64,000 bases of DNA from Phoronis australis (Eukaryota > Animalia > Phoronida), in contig NMRA01000133.1 in NCBI GenBank assembly GCA_002633005.1, positions 68,380-132,379 of the forward strand. Direction: 5' to 3'. A program made the translations under genes and the position numbers. The notes beneath the pieces were generated by a model. The model was not told the origin of the DNA and ran no database searches. It saw nothing but the letters and a program-made list of their open reading frames with translations. Shown piece by piece: positions 28,201-43,200 of the stretch. Positions within the stretch are counted from its first letter, which is position 1. Each line of letters starts with the position of its first letter.

Positions 28201-31200
28201 CAATTTTTATTTTTTTGTGGAGAAATTTGACAAAATAAAATTGCACTTGTTGGTCATATTTTGTGCTGAATGAGTGAATACCGTAATTACTAATAAAATA
28301 TCATGATATTCAAAGAAATAACACCAAATAGCACAGTGAACATTCAGTGAGGTTCAACAGACCCAACTTTCTACCAAAAGTGCTTTGAGTTGACTGCCTG
28401 ATGATGACCGTCAGCAGATGGCTGAAACGCCACACATTTCCACAGGTAATGATTTATTTACAAGCCATTATACACGTTCACAAATTTCTTGCCTTCTTTC
28501 CAAAAACACCATAAACCAGCATGGTTTGCTTTTTTATAACAATTCCACCTTCCACCCATGTAATATTCATTTTTGGGGAGTAGGAAAAAATGCCACTTCT
28601 TAATGTTTATTAGTAAATAAATTCAAAACTAAAATGACAACACTAAATACAATTTCACTGCAATAGTTCTTGAAATTGCACAAAATTTAGGCAGTAAACT
28701 GTCGTTTCAAGAAAGTAACTTAAACTTGGTTTAGTGCTTTTAGACAGAGATCTGAAAATCAAATCATGCACTTGTCAGCCTGGAATGAGTCGACAAAAAT
28801 GCAAATACTCCAGTTTAATTGGTGGTTTTCCCATATAACTGTCAGAGACATCAGGAAAATTGAGTGATTTAATGCAATAGACTGAACTGGTTTCAACTGC
28901 TTGAGGAATAGTTTTGTTTTTACAGGAAAAAGAATTGCCATCGGCCTGGTGTGGCCTGCAAAACCAATCAGAAAGGTGTTGAGAACATTTCCCCGGGCAT
29001 AATAGATTTACCAAACTGAGGTGGAGGTCTTCGTGACTGAGAATTTATTGTTTATTTATGACTATTGGGAATATAGGTTTTGCACTTGTTTGTTTGTGGG
29101 TGGCGAGAAGGTATTTAAGCTTGTTCGAGCTGAGGAACAGGAAATATTAAGAGCTAAATTATTGCACTGTTGTGAAGTCAATGTTATCATTCCAAGTATC
29201 CATACAATGTACAGCAACATGTTAGAAAAATTTTCAGCCATATTTGGAAATCTTGAGCCATGTTTGAAAACTTCTGAGCAATGTTTATGTCTTGAGCCAT
29301 GTTCAGAGGCCCGATTTTTTTCTGCTTTTCAAGCAACAAAATTGAAATTGCGTTGAACTGTAGTACTCATTTTGAATTATTTTGCTGTAAGCATGGTAGC
29401 AACACGCTGAGCATGCGAAAAAGATGCGTGACTACAGCTGTTTCTGTGAATTAGCCAAAAGAAAAACTAGGTCGTGAAATTACGATGCAAATGCGCTCCA
29501 AGTTTGGACTTTTGCTCACGGAGAAGTTTTATTGAAGCAGTAATACAGAGAACTAGGAAGATTTAGAAATTGAACAACAGACGTGTGTGCAATACAGGAG
29601 TAGAAGATAAATTCCATTTTTAGGCGTAAAATTTTTAGAATGTTGCTCTGATCAATGATACTTTAAGTTCAAGTCAAAAGTTGGCTTACATGACGAGTCC
29701 AAGCTGCATCAAAATAACAATAGATTATATATATTAGTTTTATTTTCTCCAGGAAACAAAATACTGTATGTATGTAAAAGAGTTACTAGTGCCACCTGCT
29801 GGGCATGCAGTTTCTCTTTTCTTCATTTTCAAGTGAGTTGTAAGCCTGTTAGAGGCTGGGTTCATTACATTTTTAAAAGTAAACTTAAAATTGCTTATGA
29901 ACATGTTACTACACTAAATGTTTTCTCTCCTTTATATGTCATCTTTCTGTTCACCTTGTTAATGCCTGTTTATGTACATTCATGGATACCTTAGAACATG
30001 TTACTTCTGCAACCAGTTTACACTAGGTATTATAATAGTGTGGTCGATAATGGCAATGTGGCAAGTTGACACCTGGTGGTCAAATCCAGAAAACTATGGG
30101 AAATATTTCATTTATCAGTAATGTCAAATTTCTCAACAAAAATAGATGTTGAGACTCTTGTATGACTCTGCTTTGCTCGTTTACTACGTTGTATAAATTC
30201 GTAGTTCCATGCATGTTTGCAATATTGTCTCTTTTTTTGTTTTTATCACTACAGATTTACTTACATTATTGGGTGCCAAGTTGTATATATTTTTAATACA
30301 AGTTTGTTTCTTGTTAAGTCTTTTTATTAGTTATTTATCTCTTAAAACTATCTGACATCAGTAGCCTGAATGTATTGTTAGTTCTCATATACCCACCAGG
30401 TGTCTCTGTATTTGCTTGGAGAAATAAACCTTTCAAAGCTTTTAGGAAAACTTGACCACGTTATTGGCACTAACTACTGGTACTAACTAGCTACAATTAA
30501 GGAAAACGTTGGTACATTTGTGACATTTAATTAGCTTTGCGTATACAACCAGATACCTAAAAAAACAGGAATTTTAAATCAGTAAAAATATGTTTATTTT
30601 TTGAAAGTAGGATGCCTGTAGAATTCAAATTTTGATGTTATACCAATCTGCCATTAATTAGGTCAGCTAACCAAGTATTTTAGTAAAATTTAGCAAAAAA
30701 GGTACATTGATAACAATACCATGATATCAATAATATGGTAAACTTTAATTTGACATAAATGTTCAAGAAGAGAACTCAAAAACAATATTACAGTTTTCAA
30801 AAACACGTTTTTTGCAACTTTGAGCGTTTTTTCATGAAAATTGTAAGTCCTACATTTTGATGACGCATCATGCAAAAGTGGACAACTTTAAAAAACAATT
30901 TCAAACTATGCTTAGTGGTCGCGACAGTTGCTGTAATGTATTCAAGTCTTCTGGCGTTGAATTTTTCAAAAATATCACTCAATTTATCAAAGTGATTAAA
31001 AATAATTAGAGTATTTTAAAACCGATCACATGACTCGCTATAGGAGTTAAATCTAGGTCAAAAGGTCATCTTCGAATGTTTTGCAAGACGATTTTGACTT
31101 TATCGCACAATCAATGACATGGAAATTCATAAAAATGTTCAGCGAGAGTTGTGAGACGAAACATTACAACTTGCAAAGATTTGCAGCAAAATTTTGGTGA

Positions 31201-34200
31201 ACCCACGGCAACTTTGAAATCCAGGTGTTCCCGTGTCAGATCCACATACTTACAGGCTTTCCGTCACTTCCTATATTCAGTTTTGACTACAGCAGGACTC
31301 GAGTCTCGCATACCCACGGTTTAGATGGGGCTTGACCTAGTATTCTCATAAAATTTTCATATAGTCTAATTTTTACCCACCATAACAATGGATAGAAATG
31401 TTCAAAACTTTGAAACCATACTATAGACAGTTGATTGATTCACTCAGGTGGAGTGAGTGGGTTGACAAACAATAGGGCTTTGGATTGTGGCTAAACCTTG
31501 GCATCAGCTTTGGCTTAATGGACAGGTTGCACGTAAACAAAGCAGGCATGTTCATAACAACCTTTCAAAAATCATTGACTTTTACTAGAAAACAAATACT
31601 AATTTGTATCAGAGTTAAAATAATTTTTGACAATCCTTGCATATTTTGCTGGGTGTTTTTTGAACTGAAATAGTGGAACACATCACCTTACAACCCAGGC
31701 TATAAAAGTCTGACAAATGGCTGGTCAGGAGTATGCCAGTACAGAATGTCAATAAATGTGACACATGTGAAATGTTATTTATGATGCTGGATTTCTACAC
31801 AGAATATCTGTCTAATGACTGCGGTAGTTTTCACAAGCTAAAATATGCGAGTAAATGTCCTCCAGAGAAGGTGGAGTATTTCAGCTGACTATCATAAACA
31901 GTGCCAGTTTGTTTGTTTGGGAAGAAAACAGTCCAGGTAGTCGGCCAGTCAAGTTAGACATCCAATAACACTAATAATATAAAGACATACGGTTACAGTA
32001 TAAAGTCCTGCATCTCTGACAACGGAAAATGAAAAATTTTCCAAGAAAAGTGTACACGCATTCAGAACATTCAAACAAATATACAAGTCCATTGATATTA
32101 TGTAACATTACATCATCTAAATTATGCAAATGCTCTAACTCATTAAGAAAGTGCCTTTTTCTAAAACCAAAGACAATGATAAACGACACCAATAACCTGG
32201 CTTGTTTCTGCTTTCAAATGGATTAGACCGTTCCAAATGTGCTAAGAAATTTTTATCTTACATCATTCTTCATCAACAATTTGGAAAAACAAGTAAAACT
32301 CTAGTCAAAAGTAGACAAAAATAGAAATTAAGAGAATTCAAGTATAATAACATTCGCATGATTTGTATTGTGTAACATGTCATTAATTATTTTTGAAAAC
32401 ATTTGGCAAAATTTTTCGTAATATGCAGAAAGCTGATAAATCCAAGAAAAACTTAAAAATAACAAATTTGGCAATTGCTTTTTGTGCAAAATAAGTTAAG
32501 AATTATCGTGCCACTACAGCCAGGGATAAAACAAAACAGTTGACTAAATTTCCCAATTTGAAATTTTTTTATTTCTTTACCTTTTGTGTATTCAACGAGT
32601 GCACGGTAAATGCTCTCAGTTTTCATTTAGAGATTACTTTCCCTAATCAGTAACTATGTCAGTAACTATGTCAGTTACTATGTCAGTAACTATGTCAGTA
32701 ACTACATCAGTTACTATGTCAGTAACTATGTCAGTAACTACCATATGTCAGTAACTATGTCAGTTACTATGTCAGTAACTACCGTATGTCAGTAACTATG
32801 TCAGTTACTATATCAGTAACTATGTCAGTAACTACCGTATGTCAGTAACTATGTCAATTACTATGTCAGTAACTATATCAGTTTCTATGTCAGTAACTAT
32901 ATCATTTTCTATGTCAGTAACTATAGACTTGTAGTATAAATGCATTCCGTTCAGATCAGCATGCACGCTGTATATCATTCACATACGAAAAACAAAAATA
33001 TCCAAGTAAATCAACTTGTTTCAGTTGTGAATTAATGGAGATTAGCTTCATCATCATCAACTTATTGAAGTGGGAGAGTTAATACAGAGTTGTCAAAAGA
33101 CAGAAAATTATTGCAAAAACAACTTATGCTTCATAAATCAACAAGGCAAACTACTACAATTTTCACACATCTTACATGTTAACTCTTCCATAAGTAACAG
33201 TTAATTACAAAGTTCTCGTTAAAGCCCGCGCTAATGACAGGCTGTACAAAGGCAGCGCTAATTCTTCTAATATTAAAATATCAATATATTAAATTCCTGT
33301 TTTTAAGAAAAAAGTCAAAAGCCAGTTAACTCAGGGTGTGAAAACCACACTCATCACACAGTGCAAAAACTCTTACCACGGAAGCTGAACTCCAACCACG
33401 CACAAAGACACCTACCACAGACAATTTTTTGTGCAACTGACCAAAATACCACACATAAAAACTGGGTCACACATTTTAGTCAATTGAACTAAAAATTGAT
33501 TGTCCCTGTTAAAAGAGCTTGAATGTGGTTGGAGTTCTGGTTCCATGGTAACGGTCTTTGCACACGGTAAGAGTTTTTTGGTGCGCGGCAAGAAAGTGTC
33601 GCCATGGCAACTTTTTTACCTTCCTCTGTAACGGCAAAAGGAAGAGAACTAAGATGCTGATGAGTTTGTGCAAGGACCATTAGTATCTGTCCTCAGCATT
33701 TTCAAAAAATCTAATTCAAAAGAGAAATATTCTTACCAGTGGCCATTTTAATTAATTTACGTCAGTTATTTACAATACTTAACCTTTAACCTATCACAAA
33801 ATTTAATGAAATATTTCCTTTTTAGGAAAGCCCTTTAATGTTTATTCAATATGACTTTTTAAAATGTTTCGTTCAACCAAACAATGAATGCATCAAAGAA
33901 AATAGTAAAAAAGATTGCATGCATACCCGCATGAAAGCTATCAACCAAAATGCCATGTATAAATAAATTCCACCTACAAGCGGCGCTGCAGCCAAACTAT
34001 TCAGGCACACCCCTAACTGTCCAAGTTTTTGATTATTGAAATCTGTCAATCATTCAATGCAAACCCATTTGTAAGATGCTAGTCATGGTAGACAAAATGT
34101 TATGAAACTGAACTCAAGATTCAACTTGCCAACTGTTCAATCACAACAAACTTCCAAATTTTACATATTGGATAATTGGTCAATTTTTAGTCGAGTCTAC

Positions 34201-37200
34201 AGTTGAGGTTGGTGATCTCAGACCCAGAAAACAACAAAAAATCCAATGACATGAATGTGTATCAAGATAAAGCTAAATAAGTCTGTATGACTGTTGGTGA
34301 CTGCATCTACAGGAAGTCTGTGTTTGTAAAGTAAAACAAGAACGCAGCCATTTAATTCTATGCTTGTATTAAAAGTGCGATGGTATTAAGTAAAAGCTTA
34401 TTGCAAATATACTTCACAGCTCACCTGATCTTGGACAGTTTCTGAAGAACAATGCTCAGTTTCTCTCGCACCTTCGCGTCCTGATTACTGGGTCGGAGAA
34501 CAAGTGAGCAGGCCTGGAACCAGCGTTCGTTGCTACAGCTTTCTAGAAATCCCTGAAGTGACAGCGACTCAATGGACATTTGGAGGAAAACGTCGATGGT
34601 GTCCGACAACAGTGCCTAGAAAAATTGAGGCAAAGGTGAATAGCAGAGTGGTGATAGGAAAGGAAAAATCAATCAGGACTTGATACTAAGTTAAAAACAT
34701 GTACAGCCATACAATATACCTCAAAGAGAATTTCAGGCCAAAAAGCAGAACTTGTTCTACTCTGTGGTCTTTCTGAAAATTGATACGAGTCTTAAGTGAA
34801 TACATTTCAAAGCATCTGCATAGCTTTTCAAAAAAGAAAATAAACTTTGCTAAAAAACAATATGGGTGGGTGTTTCAATTTCTTTAAACAGTGAGGCGCA
34901 GGTCTTAGAATGAGTCGCCCACAGGACCAGAACCAATCCGGCTTTACCAGCTTTTTATTCCCCAGTATCTGAAAAACTGCAATCAATGAGATAATAATAA
35001 TAATTTCAATACAAAACCATGTAACATTTAAAAGCAACTCGTCATTAAAAACAACGACGTCAGTGGTATTCCTTTGGAGACTCTTTGAGGGCCAACAGTC
35101 TTATGAACTTTTGACACCTCAAGACTAAACTGGTAAGTCTTATAAACCTGGGATCGGATCCAATGTGTACATACAGTCAATCTCATTTCTATGGCCACGA
35201 TCCTGGATTAATGCTTGAATCCTCTCCTTCCGTAATACAATCACATTTAATGCACATTCACACATTTTCTTAGTCACACGAAGTGCTTTCTTAGAAAACC
35301 ATAGTTTCAGCTTGGGTTTTATATTACAAAAATGATTGCACGGTGGTCTGGTACAGGTTGTGCGCAGGTTGTGCATGTGGGCCCATTGCACTGATCACCT
35401 GGAACCATTTTTATGCTTTATTAATATATACGGTAAAGTCTCACCAATTTAGGACACAATATGGCGGACAAGTGAAATTTATGTTTTCATTTGTTTAATA
35501 AAAGATAAGTAGCACCAAATGAATGCTGTACCACTTTAAATGTCTACGTCATACCTACCTTCAGACAATGTTACCAGCAACTGTGGACATTCAAAACAAT
35601 ATTAGAAGAGTTTGAAAACTGAAAAAAAAAAATTTTGGCTATTATTTTTGTCCGAAATTGGTGAGATTTTACCGTAGTTAAAATCGAGCTGATTAGCAAG
35701 AGACCTGACTCAAGGGTCTAGTAGTGTGCCCTGGTGGGACTCTAACCCACGACCTTGAGTGCCACACTGCCTCCTCAGGTTTGAATCCTTTATTTTTGGA
35801 CCCTTTATTTCTGGCTCCTCAATACGTTGCGTTACCCTTCCTCATTACACACAGACTGAGTGGCATATACGCCCCAACGGGAAAATTTGAGGCCGTAATC
35901 AGGACTTATTCAAGTTTGAAGTTTGCAACTTTGGCTTGGTAACTCATCACATGTTTAGCACACAATGTGGCCGACAAGAGAAATTCTATTTCGTCAAATT
36001 TCTCCACAAAAATAAAAAGTAAAAAATATTCAGTAGATAACTTGCACAGCTGGTACTGTGTAGATATAAAACTTTTTTGATAATGTTCCCACTATTTGTA
36101 AGAAGAAAATGGAAAATGACGATTTTTGTATTAACTTTTGTGCAAAGTGGAGAATCGCCATAGCGACCGGGAGGAACTAAAATATGCATAGTCTCATTAA
36201 ATTGTGAATATGCAAATGAAGTTCTAATTTAAAAAAAACCCTGGATCCGCCAGTGTGCTGGAAACCATCTGAGAACCAATCTTACAAAAGTCTTGTTTGT
36301 GAAACCATTTTTATGTAAATGAATACGGTAATATTTCATGTTACACTAATGAAACAAGGCAGTTTTTTATTATTTGTTTATTTCACTAACAAACAACAAT
36401 TGCGTAACATTTGGAATTATTAGGGTTTTTATATCTTCACACGTTTTTAAGTGTATCAGTTGTAGTATTTTCTTTAAAACCACAATTTATTTACAAATTG
36501 TTTCTTTCCTGATTATACTTGTACACAGTTCTCCAGGAAGTCAATAGGTGGTGTTTGCTACAAATTTAAATATTCAGTTTTAATAAGACATACCGGTAGC
36601 ATCTTTAAAACTTCCAGATAAAAGCGTAAAATATTAACAATGGGTAAACATATTCCAACAAAAACTGTCAATGACTGTACCAACGACTGTACCAACGACT
36701 GTACCAACGACTGTACCAACGACTGTACCAACGACTGTACCAAATTCAATTAAAATCAAGAATGACATTCAGGTAAACGCAGGTGTTTCCTTAGAAACAG
36801 AAAATAAGAAATTTACTAGATTTGCCCAAAAATTACAACTTAGAAAAATTGGTAAAAGATCGACATGTGATCAAACTGAAAACAATGATCAGGCAAACAT
36901 GATAACACACAGCTAATGTAATTGTTCGAGTCAGGAGCAATAAATGAGATTTCCTAACTGACAAGCATATGGAGTGTAAAGAACTAACACGTGCAAAATC
37001 AAGACAAATGTAATTTTTTTGTTAATACAAATCAATTTTGTGCGGCGAGTATAAATATTAATGTGGAGTTGATACTGCGATTGAGACAACAGGCAAGAAA
37101 ATACCTTAATTGATGTTCTTTAAGGCACTGTTAAGCCTCTGTACGTCAACAGAGCAGAGGAAATTCGATTTGACTTGTAGCGTTAATTTCAGAAATGAGG

Positions 37201-40200
37201 AATTACAGAAATGAACTGCCACACTCAACGGCCATGAATTACAATTAATCCGCACGCGCGGTTGTGTATGTTGGCATGGATGGTGAAATTCACGACAGGT
37301 CTCGATGAATGAGTCCCTCGACGGTAACAAATCGACGACAAGGTACACTCCTGATCATGGAGTTAATCTGATGTGATTAACCATTTGCTTAAAGTACAAG
37401 AGAAAAGATCACGCATTTCTGAACAAATGCAAATCATTTGCTGCAAGACAATAAGGCTGATTCTAACAGCATAAAATTAGTAAAAAGAGCTATCAAACCT
37501 TCCATTACAGGTTTTATATTTCTTAGTTAATTATATTTCATGAACATTACTTTAATTTTTTATTTTATTGCATTTTTAATTTAATTGTATTTTTATTTTA
37601 TTGTATTTTTATTTCATTGTATTTTTATATCAATATGTTTATAGTTTGTGAAATGAAAGTCAAACTGAAGTGTTAACATTATGTCTACTAGTTTGTAAAC
37701 ATTCTTATCATAAAATATTCAATAACTAAAACAACACATATTGATGGTTTTCTTGATCAGCCATAGGAGTTGGTCAACCTAATGCAATACTAAAATAAAC
37801 ATAAATTGCATCTGTTGAAGTTCAGTTGGTTTATCGCAAAACGACATTTATTTGAAAATATGCAATTTGCAAAAATGTTTCTGATTAAAGAAATTAATTT
37901 CCTCTTACCCTGTGGTATTGAAAGAATTTTATGATGAAATCGTGGTTACCAAGAAAGGGAAGAAATATAGTGTTGAACATTTACAAGTGTCTACTCCAAC
38001 CATCACCCATAAACTGAGCAAGACAAATAAGCTGTAGGTGGATTAATGAGGGGGGTGGGGTGGTTTTAGAGTGGGGATCGTGTCATTTTAGGAACTTCAT
38101 GGATACTTTTCCTTCAAAAATTGTGGTTGGGTCTCCTCCTGGATCGTCACTACAGGCTAGACTATGGACAAACCTTCTAGGCTGACACCAATTGAAAGAA
38201 CTCCATAAGCCATAGCTACAAATGAAATAAACATATTAACCTGTAGCAATTTTGGTAGTTCTCCACTAAACGGTGATCAAACTGTCATCAGACCGCTGTA
38301 ATCTGTCATACTAAACACGTGAACAGGTCCCAGCTCTGTCCAAGTCATCACTAACATAAGTAATGTCAACACTATTGGGCTGCAATTATTTTCATAGCTG
38401 TGAAATAGTATAATGACAAAACCATGAGGTCACAGCTGCCCCCTGGTGGTGGGCTAGGCCGACAATGGAGATTTGGATGGGATGTTTGTCTGAAATTGTA
38501 TAGACAAGAGATTAAGGAGGAATGAAGAAACAGTATTAGTCCAAGAGTGAACCATCGCCACGACAACATGCATTCACAACGTAGATGTGGAGCTATTACA
38601 ATTTCTAGAGGGGGAACACATGCATTGTCTTCCGTAACACAGAATTGAAACTCAACATCTATCATATTTATTTTTACATTCTACGGGGACTTCGTAAATT
38701 AGTTAACACACTTTCCATTAATTTTCAAACTGGTTGCAGTTAAGCTAAACTCGTCAAATCAAAATCAAGTAAAAACAGATTGTGAAGAATAGTGTGCGTA
38801 GCCGAAGACTTGAAATATCTAGCCCACTTCTCCCAAAAATTAGACCTCTTCCCAGCACACAGGTGGGTCCACTATGTTTTATGGGAGGGCAACCATAATT
38901 TTTCAAGATAAATGTCGGCATAGACATTAATGGTTTTTTCCTTTCTGGTCAAGTCCATATGGATAGCCAGGGCCCCCGGTGCCCCCTAGAACTACCTTTG
39001 TAATATTTCTTCTTTGAAATTTCACCCTAGCACATGGTCATCGCAGCCAAGTATCTAAGTATTTAGAGTCTTGAACCAAAGGTGTACCTTACCGTAGGGC
39101 TTTTGGCATTCTATGTTCTAGAAGTGTACCTTACCGTACGGCTTTTGGCATTCTATGTTCTAGAAGTGTATCCTAGTGAAGGGCTTTCGGCTCGAATGCA
39201 TTCTACGTTCAAAAATGAAAATGCATACTCATGTACTGTACAATCTCAATCTTTTCAGGCAAAACTGACTTATTTTCTAACATTGAGGCTAGAACTGTTA
39301 TTCAATTTGTAAACATGATGAAGAATGGTTAAAATTCTTAGAAGCCCTTGAAAACCTGAAGCCAGCATTAAACATGCAAGACAAAGGTCTCAGTCGCATT
39401 CTTAAGTCAGATTTCCTGCTGAATTCTTACTCACCATCCGCATAATTTATTTACCCCTCAGTTAGTTTCTGTGACTGCCACCAGATGTTGCTCTGTTCTG
39501 TATCTTCTTGATATGTAAATTGTAAGCACAAGTGGTTGTTTGACCTAGCCTATGTTTTCGTGTGTTTGTATCATTTCAATTTAAGCTTAACAAAAAACAT
39601 ATGTCTGAAGTTCCGGAATCAATAGCTCAATGTTGAATTTATGCATTTTACTGTAATCTGTGTCTACCGTAGAACAGATGATTAATGGATTAACATTCTA
39701 ATCACAAGGTTTCATTTCGCCTACTAGAACGCAACAAGCTTAAGATCATATGCAATGCATCATGTGAGATTTTCAACGCGTTTAAAGAAAAATTGTTATC
39801 CAAGCATACTATGGTACTACAAACCTGAATTCACCGACAATACCCAATCGCTGCATTCAGTTGCAATTTCCTTATGTTCATTGCCCCCAGATAGACACGC
39901 TGTGGAAGATTGATTGAACACGATTGTTCTGACAAATCAGTCTGGGATTGGCAAACATAACAAGTGCTTGGGAACAGATTAAGTCATCTCGCTAGAGTCG
40001 TGTTAAATGGTCTATCAAAGCGAGACAACGAGGTTGCCAAACGAAAGCTGGACAACATAATTTTGGTCCACCCTTTCACCAGCTGATCTCACGTGACTGA
40101 GTGATAATACCAGAGAACAGCCCATGGAACGAATTGAAATCAAATCATGCTCAGAACATTCAAAGAAATTTGTTGTAGAAAGTAAATAAAGAAAAAAACA

Positions 40201-43200
40201 CTTCATAAAAAGTAATAAAGCACAAAATGTGTACACTAGAAAAAAGTATGAGTAGAGGACTTTGATTACATATGCACCCTATCCACAGGTGGATAATTTT
40301 TGAGATGTGGCGAGAGCCGAGAAACCTGAGAACTGCCATCTACACTTCCAAGTTCCAACAGAGCTTTTGGGCCGGTAAAGCAATTGTAGGCTGGATAGTA
40401 AGCTATTCCCTGTGCATGAAATACAAAATTCCTGAAGTACCAGCAGTGCCCTCGCTCATTCTGAGGTATTTACCCACAATGCAGTGCATCAGCAGGGCGC
40501 TCATCCTACTCCTGTCATGGTAACCACTAGTTTACATAAAAATTGGTTTGCCATTTGTTCTTCCAATACCATTAAAATTTTGCTGTTGCATAGTTAGTTA
40601 ACAGGTAGACATAAAAGATTAAAAAGCTGAGTGTGTCACTATAAGCCATACTTCACTCGTCATGTTTCAACCTCCGCAAATGAGAGCTGAATTTGGTATG
40701 TGGGAATTCTAAATTATTTCATGTTTATTCTGATCAGGTTGGTAAGTCGTCGATCTTCGAATGTATTATGTACTATTTTATCACAATCCAAAATTCTTGT
40801 CCTAAAAGACAAGAGCACTACCTTAAATGCACTCAAGTCACTCCTTTTGCATGTAATAAAATGAACTGAAACCAAAATTCTTGGACCAGCAAAAGGACAG
40901 ACCCCTTACAATGACCAGTTTCATATTTAGTTATTTGCTTTGACAAAAGAGGGTGTCACATTTCAGAATTCAACTTGCATGAAATCTGACCATCAGAGTT
41001 AAAAAGCAACACGCAGCACTAATGTAACAGTCTCTACTGAACATCAAAAATGTGTATTTCACCTTATCAGGCATACTTTTCAGTTCAGTTACACATGATA
41101 ACGATCAATTTCATGTAGACAAAGGAAGGAAACACCCTCCTAAGCCTGTCGCTAGCGAAGTGTCCGACACATACTGTCACACCCGCATGTTCACATAACA
41201 AAGGCGCACTGAGACGCAACAAAAACATTAGCATAAGAATAAATGAACAACAATTAAATAAGCATAACAGTAAATGTACTGTTGCTAACGTCCCGTCACA
41301 CTAAGACTAAATGACAGTTACACAGTAACAACCTACACAAGCATGCATGTTCACAAAATGGTGAAATTAACCATTTAATAAATTTCTGGCCGTATTGAAA
41401 TACAACCATCAAATTCTGAAATGCACAGGAAAATTCATGCATGGAACAGTCCCACACAGGTACTCGACTAAGTTCCCAAAATTTTCTGCCTATTTGTGGA
41501 CTGATCAAAATGCTTTCTTATGCTGCTTTAGGTTTATTACTATGGCTTTGATAAAAATAGAGAGTGAACTCTACCTTGAGTTTCTCAATATCATTGAAAA
41601 TAAGTAGGGACCATTTTAATGCAACAACCCTAATTTAAGGACAAAGTCCCTATTTACTTTCATTGAAATAATGGCTCAGTTTTTAGCTATATACATATGT
41701 GGGCATGTAAAAATCAAGTACAAAGCCCACATATCAAGTGGCTTGGTTTAAGTAATTTAGGACTAAAACATCCATTCAATTGAGAAACACTAAGATAATA
41801 CGTTTCTCTTTACAAAAATCATGGGAAAGTCATTGAACAGAATAAATGTGTATAGATCAATCCGTGCGGATAGGGATGCTTTACACTGACTTCATTTCTG
41901 TACTTGAACATACAGCGCCACCTGGTAGCAGCTCATGACAACCATACAAGACTATAAACTCTTTTGAGTGTTGAGCCACTGAAGTTTTGCATACCAGACA
42001 CAAAAATATTCATTGATTTGACTCAATTTCAACAAAATGGTGAAATTCAAAAACATTCATGACACTACTAAAAGTTGTCACAAGGACACGTTTGTGAATG
42101 ATGTCAAAACAGATCACATCACAGAGACAACAGCAAAAAGAGAACACAGGAAATGCAGATGAAAACAATATTTCTATTAAGCAGGGGTCCTGGACTGCTG
42201 CTATGGTAGCATTCTTACCAATTTATTTTGCCCTGAAACATCATTTACCGACACAATGCTACAGCACAAGCCAAAAGTATTCAGACAAAATGACCCAGAA
42301 TTCCCTATCAAAATGGCTGAACTGAAGTTGAATTCACCGTCAGAGGAGTCATCCCTCACGACTGTGAATGAAAGGTAACTCGCAGGAAAACTAACAAGGT
42401 GGCTAAGCCAAATTGTAATTAAAGCTTTGATGCTCAATAGTTATTACCAGTAATTTTTAATGATAACACGATCAGCCGCCACCATGGAAAATGGTATTTT
42501 GTCGATTACTTTTGTCTTCTACCATTACAGATAAAGCCCTCCTAAACTTGATGATGGACATCAGCAACTACCCAGATAAACTACTTAATGCCTAGTTTAT
42601 AAGTGAAAACTTATGAAAGCTTACTGGATTTTTCTCTAAACATTTGAGGGTGATGCAACTATGGTGGGGATCACTCAGTCATTATTCTCCAAAAGGAGAC
42701 AGGGTAAGTTGGTAGAGATTTTTAATTGTAAATTTGTGCATCTTGTCAAGGCTTGTGTTTGAAAGGCATGCAAATTTCAAATCAATCAGTATAACATCAG
42801 TAGTTTCCTTAAAACTTGTGTTACTTATACTTTTAGTGAGCCAATATGTGTTGATCTACCGTTACACTCACCTTAGAGGGCTTGAAATACGCCAGCACAA
42901 CAGGCGTGGCCTGGTAATAGAGGAATAAGTCCTTGCATTGTTCGTTCTTAATATCACTTTTGAGCACGTCGAACACGTGAGCCAGATGATCGACTGAAAT
43001 ATATCGTCAGGAATTATTACTGATATTAGCTACCTACACAATATCAACATCTGAGTCCATTTGACAATAATCTGGAATTAAAGACAAGTTCCCATGACAA
43101 CGTTAGTATCATATAACCATGTAAAAGTAAATAACATAAACTATGAGACCTACATCGATACAGAAGTTGTAATTAAAATTCAGACTGCACAGTCCAAGTT

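Noticed and set aside
13208-34424. Nested protein-coding gene inside the 21-kb intron
   Set aside because: I found no phase-consistent exon chain or recognisable protein on either strand apart from TE remnants; small exons could have been missed.
35724-35770. tRNA gene
   Set aside because: Only a degenerate B-box/T-arm-like segment with no cloverleaf; SINE remnant at best.
36558-36916. Mucin-like TVPT and LVQS ORFs
   Set aside because: Translation of a 12-bp tandem repeat with no exon context.
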